Below are positions 32,137 through 41,933 of a DNA stretch of 64,000 nucleotides, piece by piece; position 1 is the stretch's first letter; every line of letters begins with the position of its first letter. The DNA is from Escherichia phage vB_EcoM_SQ17, in the sequence record MW882907, one strand, 5' to 3'. The position numbers and the translations under genes are program-made. The notes under the pieces are model-generated. The model did no database searches. It saw only the letters and a program-made list of their open reading frames with translations, and had not been told where the DNA came from.

Positions 32137-32421
32137 CTACTTAACGAAATTAATTTCTACCGGATGAACAACAGGTTGAGCAGTGATATATTGAGTAATT
32201 GCTTTCAAGACTAGAGCTTCAGACCCAGGATTTTTCTCAACGAATTCACGTGCTTGGTTATGAGCTTCAAGTTCACTTAGTAAACCACTTCGTTGGCATC
32301 CACGGTCTTGAGTACCCTGTTCAGATAAAAAGACGACGATGTATTTTTCTTCATCGTCATACGGTTTAGACGGTTGAGCAAATGTTCCTTTACTTCCAAA
32401 AGGAGAGTTATGACGCCGCAC
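32137..32421 (-). CDS. Hypothetical protein; overlaps upstream ORF by 145 nt in another frame
   Basis: 94-aa ORF; unusual long overlap with 32277..32753. Confidence 0.4.
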   Translation of the reverse strand: MRRHNSPFGSKGTFAQPSKPYDDEEKYIVVFLSEQGTQDRGCQRSGLLSELEAHNQAREFVEKNPGSEALVLKAITQYITAQPVVHPVEINFVK

Positions 32422-32753
32422 ACGCCGTGAGGAGTTTCAACCTTCGTATATTCGTGTGGACCATTTTTCTTAGTTTCTTGATGTGGAACTTCGTAGACCT
32501 TAGGGTTAGGACATTCAATAAAATGCTCATCTAAATCGGTCGAGAATATTAAAGTAAAACAATTACTAAATTTACCAACACCTGCCTGATAAATTTTACC
32601 TTCAGAAGTTCTAATTTCACAAACCGAGCCGGCATCAGTAACTTCTAAAACTTCAAAAGGCTCGATAAGGTCATATGAGAACATGTTTTTAAGGCGTGGA
32701 GTAATATCCCCATTTTTAAAATTCATTTTATAAAAAGTATTAACTTTAAACAT
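32277..32753 (-). CDS. Hypothetical protein (30.5/30.6 region)
   Basis: 158-aa ORF. Confidence 0.5.
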   Translation of the reverse strand: MFKVNTFYKMNFKNGDITPRLKNMFSYDLIEPFEVLEVTDAGSVCEIRTSEGKIYQAGVGKFSNCFTLIFSTDLDEHFIECPNPKVYEVPHQETKKNGPHEYTKVETPHGVCGVITLLLEVKEHLLNRLNRMTMKKNTSSSFYLNRVLKTVDANEVVY

Positions 32754-32788
32754 AATTTCCTCAGTGGGAGCCGAAGCTCCCAGTTAAA

Positions 32789-33154
32789 TTAGATATCGAA
32801 TTCGTTAAGAACTACATCAAAGATTGCTTCCAGGTGTTCAGGTTTAGCTCGGTTGCTCAGGATATGACGAATCCAAGTTTTAACCAGAAGTTTACGATTA
32901 ACACCATTCCAGAAAGGATGAGTACCTAAATCACGTTGACGGAAATCATCATCTAATGCAATTTTGAAGTTGGAACCTTCCATCGTGATTGAAACCGTGA
33001 TGCCATTTTCAAATCGCATATAAACGTAATTAGGAGTCATATACTGCTCAATTTCGCATACTGAGCCGTTATTATGCTTCCATAAGCAAATTGTATCGAT
33101 AGAACCAGCAATACCGTTAGAAACATATTTACGTTCGAAGTTGATGTAGTTCAT
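32789..33154 (-). CDS. Hypothetical protein (30.7-like)
   Basis: 121-aa ORF with early promoter upstream. Confidence 0.55.
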   Translation of the reverse strand: MNYINFERKYVSNGIAGSIDTICLWKHNNGSVCEIEQYMTPNYVYMRFENGITVSITMEGSNFKIALDDDFRQRDLGTHPFWNGVNRKLLVKTWIRHILSNRAKPEHLEAIFDVVLNEFDI

Positions 33155-33195
33155 TTTATTCTCCAGATGTTTAAGTTGTTTGTTGGTACAAGTCT

Positions 33196-33224
33196 ATAGT
33201 AACACATCCTACAGGAGAGTAAAC
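33196..33224 (-). promoter_or_regulatory. T4-type early promoter (minus strand)
   Basis: Plus ATAGTA, 17 nt, GTAAAC. Confidence 0.5.
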
Positions 33225-33249
33225 ATCTTTTTTAAACTTTTTCTGCCCT

Positions 33250-33279
33250 AAACGCACAAAAGGGAGACCGAAGTCTCCC
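33250..33279 (-). terminator. Stem-loop terminator (GGGAGAC-CGAA-GTCTCCC) on minus strand
   Basis: Minus strand: hairpin followed by TTTTGTGCGTTT. Confidence 0.65.
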
Positions 33280-33284
33280 TAAAA

Positions 33285-33464
33285 TTATGCAACAACCTTT
33301 CCAAAACGAGAAGCATCATCTCGAAGAACTGCACGTGCTCTGCGCATGATCTTCTCAACTGTTTGATTAATACGAGAGTTCGACCCACGCTTGTATCCAG
33401 CGCGTTTAGAGGTACCATCAACTTTCTTTTCTACTGCTTTCTTTGCTTTAGCTTGTTTTGCCAT
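33285..33464 (-). CDS. Hypothetical small basic protein (59 aa; not in supplied ORF track)
   Basis: Hand translation MAKQAKAKKAVEKKVDGTSKRAGYKRGSNSRINQ...; Lys/Arg-rich; followed by terminator. Confidence 0.45.
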   Translation of the reverse strand: MAKQAKAKKAVEKKVDGTSKRAGYKRGSNSRINQTVEKIMRRARAVLRDDASRFGKVVA

Positions 33465-33732
33465 TATAAATTCTCTTTAAATGAAAATGCAGGACTTATT
33501 GACATTGCCTGCTCAAGCCCTCAAGGGGAACATAGGTTTTGGATATTTAACGACAGGATAACCATAAACCCGTCATCATACCGACCACGACTTAGACAGA
33601 TAACCTTTTTCTGACGCGTGATAGTACAAAATACATTCAAGAGGTACACCGTAAAATTGTCGGGGCGGTACTTCTAAAACATATCGATTCGCAAATCGAT
33701 AATCAGACAATTCGACGGCTCCTCGATTTAAC

Positions 33733-33981
33733 TTACTTCAGGGTAATAACAAAATGACGAACTGCTTTACGTGCTGCAGAAGCCAGAGGCTTAGCATATT
33801 TCAATTCATCTTTCTGGACCAGGATATCGCGAAGATCGGCTTGTGCTGGATTCAGATGTTTGAAATACTGTAAGATTTCAAGAGCTTCGGCTTCAACATC
33901 AATAGATGCGCCGTAATTGTCATGGCCATTATTCCATGCATGGCGTTGCAGTTCAAGAGCGTGTTGTAATTGTTTAATCAT
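33733..33981 (-). CDS. rIII: rIII lysis inhibition accessory protein
   Basis: 82 aa, same as T4 RIII; position between 30.x genes and gene 31. Confidence 0.85.
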   Translation of the reverse strand: MIKQLQHALELQRHAWNNGHDNYGASIDVEAEALEILQYFKHLNPAQADLRDILVQKDELKYAKPLASAARKAVRHFVITLK

Positions 33982-34097
33982 TTTAAATTCTCAATTCGAG
34001 ATAATATTTAGTAGCCACGTTCTTCTGAATTTCACTTTCTTTCGACAAGTCTCTCAGTTGTAGGCTACCGCTTAGAAGAGTGTTCTCTTCATATAGT

Positions 34098-34105
34098 TAT
34101 TTATA
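34098..34105 (-). promoter_or_regulatory. Late promoter core (TATAAATA on minus strand) upstream of rIII
   Basis: Plus-strand TATTTATA. Confidence 0.5.
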
Positions 34106-34438
34106 TCACTTATAAAGACATGGAATAGCTTTATAGTGGCATGTTACGAATTTCTGTTTAATTTCTTTAGGTTGTTTAAGACCTAAAGCCACAAATGGAT
34201 GTGGAACATTTCGAATTTGTCCAACTGGTAGTGGAGTCAAATCACCGACTTCAACAAAACCTTCAGGAACATCAGGACCTACAGAATGAACTACACATAG
34301 TTCAGGAACTTCACCTTGAACACGTTTACCAATCACAAGTCCTGATTCTGTAACTTCTTCATCACCTGCTTGAGCGGGTTCAGAAACCAGAATGACATAT
34401 TCACCAACAGCACGAATTGGGAGTTGTACTTCAGACAT
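34106..34438 (-). CDS. 31: Co-chaperonin gp31 (GroES analogue)
   Basis: 110 aa; near-identical to recalled T4 gp31 ([34 protein letters not shown]). Confidence 0.97.
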   Translation of the reverse strand: MSEVQLPIRAVGEYVILVSEPAQAGDEEVTESGLVIGKRVQGEVPELCVVHSVGPDVPEGFVEVGDLTPLPVGQIRNVPHPFVALGLKQPKEIKQKFVTCHYKAIPCLYK

Positions 34439-34468
34439 CTTATTTCCTTGTTGTTTGACGATAGATTA

Positions 34469-34493
34469 ATAATATCATACTATTCGTAAAGCA
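34469..34493 (-). promoter_or_regulatory. T4 middle promoter (MotA box TGCTTTA + -10) upstream of gene 31
   Basis: Minus strand atatGCTTTAcgaatagtatgaTATTAT. Confidence 0.5.
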
Positions 34494-34495
34494 TA

Positions 34496-34804
34496 TTACA
34501 TAAGAAGCAAACTTTCCACCGGAGTACCATCAACCGAAATTACTTTATCAAGGCGGAAAGAACGCCACTGACCTAACTTGGTGTCGAATGCTCGAACTGA
34601 TTCACGAGGTTCATAACGAACTTCTGTTGCTGGATTGTTATTTTCATATTTGACTTCAAGTTCATCGCGCGAAGCAAACATAGTGCGTACCTCGCCGTTA
34701 GCCTTTTCAAATACAACACAATGAACGCCTACAGACAGAATAGTTTTAATACGTTCACGAAGAACCATAGTTTCTTGTTCAGTTAAAATCATATTATTCA
34801 CCAC
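34496..34804 (-). CDS. Hypothetical protein (T4 31.1 position)
   Basis: 102-aa ORF between cd and gene 31. Confidence 0.6.
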   Translation of the reverse strand: MVNNMILTEQETMVLRERIKTILSVGVHCVVFEKANGEVRTMFASRDELEVKYENNNPATEVRYEPRESVRAFDTKLGQWRSFRLDKVISVDGTPVESLLLM

Positions 34805-35375
34805 AAAAGTTTCGGATTTGTTCCCAATTCAGAGAACGAAGATTATTACGAGAGTACTGAATTACTTCAATACCGGCTTGTTTTAGAATGTCTGCCCAAT
34901 TTTCAGGAGATCGATCGTATAATTCTGCGTATACAACCTTTTTAATACCTGACTGAGTAATAGCTTTAGTGCAATCAGGACATGGAGAAAGCGTCGTATA
35001 TAACGTAGCACCTTCAATAGAATTACCTTTACGAGCTGCAAACAAAATTGCATTCAATTCTGCATGGATTTCATTATTAGCAGACCATGCACTATGAGCG
35101 GCCCGATGTTCTTTAGCCAAAACAAAATTATCTGCCCGTCCAAATGCTGTAGTGCCTTCTTTATGTCCAGCAACGATGACCGGGCTTGGTTTATTCTTCA
35201 ACCAACCATTTTCGGATGCATGTTCACAACAGTTAACGCCACCTGCTGGTGAGCCATTATATCCAGTAGAGATAATGCGTCCATCTTTTTCAATGACGGC
35301 ACCAACTTTCCATGAACAACATTTTGATTCTTGAGAAATCAGATATGCAATCTGAAGGTATGTGCTAGCTTTCAT
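34794..35375 (-). CDS. cd: dCMP deaminase
   Basis: 193 aa as T4 Cd; zinc-binding deaminase motifs HAELNAI and SPCPDC. Confidence 0.95.
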   Translation of the reverse strand: MKASTYLQIAYLISQESKCCSWKVGAVIEKDGRIISTGYNGSPAGGVNCCEHASENGWLKNKPSPVIVAGHKEGTTAFGRADNFVLAKEHRAAHSAWSANNEIHAELNAILFAARKGNSIEGATLYTTLSPCPDCTKAITQSGIKKVVYAELYDRSPENWADILKQAGIEVIQYSRNNLRSLNWEQIRNFCGE

Positions 35376-36367
35376 TATTGAACCTTATTAATATAAGTTA
35401 ACAGCTCTTTAGTTTGTTCCCAACTGATGCACGCATCGGTAACGGAAACGCCATAGGACATATTATCAGAAATTTTTTGATTTCCTTCATGTAGGAATGA
35501 TTCTATCATAATTCCTTTGACCAAATCATTAGCTGCTAAATTTTTACCAATACCAATTTGATTGCTATAATACCCATCAGCGTTTGCATGGCTACAGTCA
35601 ACCATTACATAATGATTCAGACCTACTGCCCTTGCTTTGTTAGAAGCTTCTTGAATATCAGAAGAATGATAGTTCGGGCCGTTAGTCCCGCCACGCAATA
35701 CGATATGCGTATTCTGATTACCTTCAGCTTCAACAATGCCTACAGTACCATCGACGTCCATACCCATATACCGATGAGGCCAGGCGGCACTATACATCGC
35801 GTCTGTAGCTACTTTAATAGAACCATTGGTTGCGTTCTTGAAGCCTACGCACATCGGTAGACCTGAAGCAATTTCACGATGTGTCTGACTTTCAGTCGTA
35901 CGGGCGCCAATAGCAACCCATGAGAAAATACCAGAAAGATACTTAATCGTGAATGGGTCTAATACTTCAGTTGCTAATGGAAGTCCCATACGTAGAAGTT
36001 TACGACACAATGTTCGTGCAACTATAAGACCGTGGTTCATATCAAAACTTCCGTCAAGATATGGATCATTTACAAGACCTTTCCAACCTACGGTAGTTCG
36101 AGGCTTTTCAAAATAAACGCGCATCACTAACAGAACATTAGGAAGATGAGTTTGAAGTTCAGCCAGACGTTTGCCGTATTCAACAGCAGCAATAGGGTCA
36201 TGAATTGAACAAGGACCTACAACAATAAGTTTGCGTGGGTCTTCACCATTCATAATCGAATTAACTTGTTCGCGATGAGAAGCCACTTGTGATGCGTAAG
36301 CTTCCGACAAAGGAATAATCTCAGCCAGTTCTTTTGGAGAAATAAGTTTTCTGATGACAGGTAACAT
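35375..36367 (-). CDS. 3-deoxy-D-arabino-heptulosonate-7-phosphate (DAHP) synthase, class I (AroG/AroF/AroH-like), N-terminally short
   Basis: 330 aa; conserved class-I DAHPS blocks GPCSIHDP, KPRTTVGWKGL, GARTTESQ.HRE, D.SHAN; RBS AAGGA upstream; stop overlaps cd start (TAATG). Confidence 0.85.
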   Translation of the reverse strand: MLPVIRKLISPKELAEIIPLSEAYASQVASHREQVNSIMNGEDPRKLIVVGPCSIHDPIAAVEYGKRLAELQTHLPNVLLVMRVYFEKPRTTVGWKGLVNDPYLDGSFDMNHGLIVARTLCRKLLRMGLPLATEVLDPFTIKYLSGIFSWVAIGARTTESQTHREIASGLPMCVGFKNATNGSIKVATDAMYSAAWPHRYMGMDVDGTVGIVEAEGNQNTHIVLRGGTNGPNYHSSDIQEASNKARAVGLNHYVMVDCSHANADGYYSNQIGIGKNLAANDLVKGIMIESFLHEGNQKISDNMSYGVSVTDACISWEQTKELLTYINKVQ

Positions 36368-36487
36368 AACAATCCTTAGGAGATATAAACAGATTCTGAT
36401 TCAACAATACCTTTAACCGGATTAGACAGGCTAAGTTGGTAGTGCTCAGATTTATGACCATTCTCGATAGTAATGAGATAGCTCTCA

Positions 36488-36724
36488 TTATAGTGTTCCA
36501 TATACTCGAGTTGCTTCAACAAGACCATCACTGCCTAATTTAAGATTAGTAATTTGGTCACCATCTTTAGGATTAACGATTATGAGAAAAGAACGTGGAG
36601 ATTCTTGAATAACTCGTAATGTTGCATCTTGGAAACGTTCAGACACTTTATTGATGAGTGCTTGAGCAAATTCTTTTACTTTAATCTGAAATTCGTGTAC
36701 TGTAATTGGGTTTTCACTTAGCAT
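36488..36724 (-). CDS. Hypothetical protein (cd.x region)
   Basis: 78-aa ORF with early promoter upstream. Confidence 0.5.
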   Translation of the reverse strand: MLSENPITVHEFQIKVKEFAQALINKVSERFQDATLRVIQESPRSFLIIVNPKDGDQITNLKLGSDGLVEATRVYGTL

Positions 36725-36752
36725 TTCTATTTCCTCATTTGTTGGTAGAGTT

Positions 36753-36782
36753 ATAGTATCACAACTCCACCATGTTGTAAAC
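36753..36782 (-). promoter_or_regulatory. T4-type early promoter (minus strand)
   Basis: Plus ATAGTA, 18 nt, GTAAAC. Confidence 0.5.
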
Positions 36783-36784
36783 CA

Positions 36785-37060
36785 TTAAATTGCTTTGCAT
36801 TCAATTTTTTGTGTACCGAAATTGATATCACATTGGATAACTAAATCACCGTCAAGATCAAATACCACTATGACGTGTGCAGACCCAGGGAGAAGAGTAA
36901 TAGCAATAGAATCTACTTGGTCTGGGAGCAAAGCATTGAGTACATGAGTTAGTTGAGCATGAACTCTGAGTTCGGCTGCATTATCAAGCACTTCAAACAT
37001 ATTATTAGCAATAATCTGACTGAAGACTACCTTTACAATTTCAGAATAAGTTGGGAACAT
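36785..37060 (-). CDS. Hypothetical protein (cd.x region)
   Basis: 91-aa ORF. Confidence 0.5.
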   Translation of the reverse strand: MFPTYSEIVKVVFSQIIANNMFEVLDNAAELRVHAQLTHVLNALLPDQVDSIAITLLPGSAHVIVVFDLDGDLVIQCDINFGTQKIECKAI

Positions 37061-37067
37061 AATTACC

Positions 37068-37292
37068 TCAGTGTACAGTATTTACTTTAACTCGAACAAC
37101 AAATCGCTCGGTCGGTTCACCTACAGGAACAAACTCTACATGATATTCGCCTTTGTAACGAGTATTCAGGTCGTTACGAATTTCGGTAAGCTTGTTGATT
37201 AATGTAGAACTCATATTAAGTCCCACTAGTTTACGAAGCATTTTGTATGCTTCATCTTCGATTTCATGATGTTTATCGTACATAGTTTTCAT
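37068..37292 (-). CDS. Hypothetical protein (cd.x region)
   Basis: 74-aa ORF. Confidence 0.5.
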   Translation of the reverse strand: MKTMYDKHHEIEDEAYKMLRKLVGLNMSSTLINKLTEIRNDLNTRYKGEYHVEFVPVGEPTERFVVRVKVNTVH

Positions 37293-37463
37293 TTAACCAT
37301 TCAATTGCCTGGTCGACGTTATCAAATATACAGCCGTCCAAACGTTCTTCATGCTCATAGTCCAGCACATCAATACCGAACTGTCCATTTACTAAAGGCC
37401 AGGCTACAAACAAATATTCTTTATGCTGTTCGATGGCCTCAATCACTTCATATAATCGTTTCA

Positions 37464-37464
<1 letters not shown>
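37273..37464 (-). CDS. Hypothetical protein (cd.x region)
   Basis: 63-aa acidic ORF directly downstream of pseT. Confidence 0.5.
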
Positions 37465-38550
<1,086 letters not shown>

Positions 38551-38551
<1 letters not shown>

Positions 38552-38850
38552 TATTTTATTCCTAAGAAAGTTTCAAGAATACGAATGTTATGCTCGCGCC
38601 GGTCTTTATTAATTTCAGCAACGTTTTTATTAATTGACGTACTTCTAACGTTTGAAGAAATAAATTTAATCATATGACTTTTGAGTTGTTGCAAATCCAA
38701 CCCTTTTTCTTTAGCAGCTTTACGAAGAGCTTTACCTGCTTCATCTAGTGCCTTTGCTGTGTCTTTGTCATAATTGACAAGTGACATTCCACGGCAGATA
38801 TCAATATACTCATCAGACCGTTTGATGTAATTCTCTAGTAATGTTTTCAT
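38551..38850 (-). CDS. Hypothetical protein (pseT.x region)
   Basis: 99-aa ORF with early promoter upstream. Confidence 0.5.
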
Positions 38851-38878
38851 TTAGATTTCCTCAATTATCCATAGGAGC

Positions 38879-38908
38879 ATTATACTCTGCTCCCGAGAGT
38901 TTGTAAAC
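38879..38908 (-). promoter_or_regulatory. T4-type early promoter (minus strand; -10 TATAAT)
   Basis: Plus ATTATA, 18 nt, GTAAAC. Confidence 0.5.
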
Positions 38909-39132
38909 TATTTTACTAAAGATTCAATATACTCATGAAGAGCTTTAGTCGCTACTGCCCACTTATTCTGATATTCATTTTTCAGATTAGCACGAGACTG
39001 AACTAACAAGCGGTCATTAGTCGGAGGCAAAGATTCTAATCGTTGAATCTGTCGCCCGTAAATCATGGCCGCCATTTCAGATTCATAGATAAGCCCTTTA
39101 ATGTATTCATGCTGTTCTTTAGTCATTGGCAT
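38908..39132 (-). CDS. Hypothetical protein
   Basis: 74-aa ORF. Confidence 0.5.
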   Translation of the reverse strand: MPMTKEQHEYIKGLIYESEMAAMIYGRQIQRLESLPPTNDRLLVQSRANLKNEYQNKWAVATKALHEYIESLVK

Positions 39133-39413
39133 TTTTCCTCTTTTAAACCACTACGATAATAACATAACATAGTCTTCTGGTCATGTACATATCTTTTTAC
39201 GTCGTTTAACCAGATACGAAATTCTTGAGAGTCTTCAAATGGCATTCCAACCCACGGGTTACCATCAATAACCTTTACTTGCCATTTCTGGTTATATTCA
39301 ACAATAGATTCTGGCCACGGCGGATGTAAAGTTTCTTTAGGGCTTAAGGGCACATCCTGGGCACATCCGGCTAAAATGCCAATAGATAATACAACTGCGG
39401 TTAATTTAATCAT
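39123..39413 (-). CDS. Outer-membrane spanin (o-spanin) lipoprotein, Rz1 equivalent
   Basis: 96 aa; signal peptide with lipobox LAGC; immediately downstream of, and overlapping, i-spanin gene. Confidence 0.75.
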   Translation of the reverse strand: MIKLTAVVLSIGILAGCAQDVPLSPKETLHPPWPESIVEYNQKWQVKVIDGNPWVGMPFEDSQEFRIWLNDVKRYVHDQKTMLCYYRSGLKEEKCQ

Positions 39414-39766
39414 TCTGAGAGCTTCCTGAGGTCTTCTGCAAAGGAATCGAAGGACCTGTTGATTTGTTTTTCGACCAATCCTGGTTTACTTGCCACCACG
39501 TTCTTCTTCTTCGAATCCTTACGGAGCTTTTCATTTTCGGCCTTAAGTTGGTCAACTAAAACACGGTTCTTATAAGTCATTTCTTCGATTGACTGATATT
39601 GAACCTTGAAGTCGTCTAATACTTTAGCATTGTTTTTAGCAGTCTCTTTGACAGAAGCTAATTCAGTATTCAACGAATCAACTTTGTTGTTTAAGACAAC
39701 TATTGTTATAGTAGAAACTAGAGCAAAAGCTGCTACTATAGCATAAATCGGATTTACTTTAAGCAT
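39410..39766 (-). CDS. Inner-membrane spanin (i-spanin), Rz equivalent
   Basis: 118 aa; N-terminal TM helix then coiled-coil; paired with lipoprotein gene. Confidence 0.75.
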   Translation of the reverse strand: MLKVNPIYAIVAAFALVSTITIVVLNNKVDSLNTELASVKETAKNNAKVLDDFKVQYQSIEEMTYKNRVLVDQLKAENEKLRKDSKKKNVVASKPGLVEKQINRSFDSFAEDLRKLSE

Positions 39767-40254
39767 GTTTTAATAATCTCAATGATTTCATCTCGGGATA
39801 ATCCATTGATAAGAACGGTTTTCGGACCATCGCACTGGATTTTGTACGATTCAAACAATACACACAACTCTTCTGCTGTATGATACGGACTTGAGATTCC
39901 GAGACGGTTGAATTTGTCGGTAAGAGGGTCGCAAATAATGTAGAATTTTATACCTGCGATATGTACATTTGGTTGACTAATATTAATGAACACGTTAGCG
40001 TCGTATTTAGACAAATTGTTTTGAAGAAATTCTACCATAGCATTAACTGCTTCCGGCATCGCTTCGCGTTTCTCTTCAGCGTATCGGGTGGAATACTCTT
40101 TTTGTTTTACTTTCTTTTTAAGATTTTTTGCCAGTGTAACACGTAAGTCAGTAAGATAACCAACTGGACGTCCTTTCTTAAAGACTCGGATTCCATCTGT
40201 GGAATCACCAAATGCTGCCACAACCATATCGTTAGTAATCAATTGCATATTCAT
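39754..40254 (-). CDS. alc: Alc-like protein (host transcription shutoff), assigned by position
   Basis: Track ORF 39754..40317; early promoter lies in the 5' extension, so start set to internal ATG (MNMQLI) after CTCCTC-complement RBS; 166 aa vs 167 aa T4 Alc. Confidence 0.6.
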   Translation of the reverse strand: MNMQLITNDMVVAAFGDSTDGIRVFKKGRPVGYLTDLRVTLAKNLKKKVKQKEYSTRYAEEKREAMPEAVNAMVEFLQNNLSKYDANVFINISQPNVHIAGIKFYIICDPLTDKFNRLGISSPYHTAEELCVLFESYKIQCDGPKTVLINGLSRDEIIEIIKTCLK

Positions 40255-40284
40255 AATTTTCTCCTCGTGATGTTGATAAAAGCC

Positions 40285-40314
40285 ATAGTAACACCTTCCT
40301 TGGTGTTTGTAAAC
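40285..40314 (-). promoter_or_regulatory. T4-type early promoter (minus strand)
   Basis: Plus ATAGTA, 18 nt, GTAAAC. Confidence 0.5.
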
Positions 40315-40316
40315 CA

Positions 40317-41450
<1,134 letters not shown>

Positions 41451-41467
41451 TCAGTTAGTTTTTTTAA

Positions 41468-41497
41468 ATTGTACCACAATCCTTGTGGTATGTAAAC
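41468..41497 (-). promoter_or_regulatory. T4-type early promoter (minus strand)
   Basis: Plus ATTGTA, 18 nt, GTAAAC. Confidence 0.45.
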
Positions 41498-41907
41498 TAC
41501 TTTTTCTTATGTTGGATATTCCAAGGCGGGTTGAACTTTTTGATAAAAAGTGGTTCTTCAAGGTCCATTGTTGCGATGGTCATTGAACCAAGTTCGTTGG
41601 TGACTGAAAGGTCAAAACATTGGCGGGCCCAGAATTCAACCTTTTTGCCTTGCATTAAGGCATCCAAAATCATAAGTGATTTTCTTGAATCTGAAGTCTG
41701 GTCTTTTCGATTTATGGCTGTTCGATAATAGTTAATGCGTTTCTTTAAATTCTTGGTTTTACCAATATACACAAGTTCGTCATCTATAGCAATAGCATAT
41801 ATAACATTTTTCTTATTAGGGGCATCAATGGTTTTAATTGTTGCATCTTCTAATAGCTCCAATTCTATATATTTAATAAAGGAATATTCGGCGGCAATAT
41901 CTTTCAT
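41497..41907 (-). CDS. denA: Endonuclease II (GIY-YIG), host DNA degradation
   Basis: 136 aa; near-identical to recalled T4 DenA (VIYAIAI.DELVYIGKTKNL.KRINYYRTAINRKD ... LFNPPWNIQHKKK). Confidence 0.95.
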   Translation of the reverse strand: MKDIAAEYSFIKYIELELLEDATIKTIDAPNKKNVIYAIAIDDELVYIGKTKNLKKRINYYRTAINRKDQTSDSRKSLMILDALMQGKKVEFWARQCFDLSVTNELGSMTIATMDLEEPLFIKKFNPPWNIQHKKK

Positions 41908-41933
41908 AATAAAGTGGGACCGAAGTCCCGTCC

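Noticed and set aside
32767-32782. GGGAGC-CGAA-GCTCCC hairpin as a terminator
   Set aside because: No U-run on either strand and it lies between tightly linked genes; possibly an RNA stability or processing element but not supportable as a terminator.
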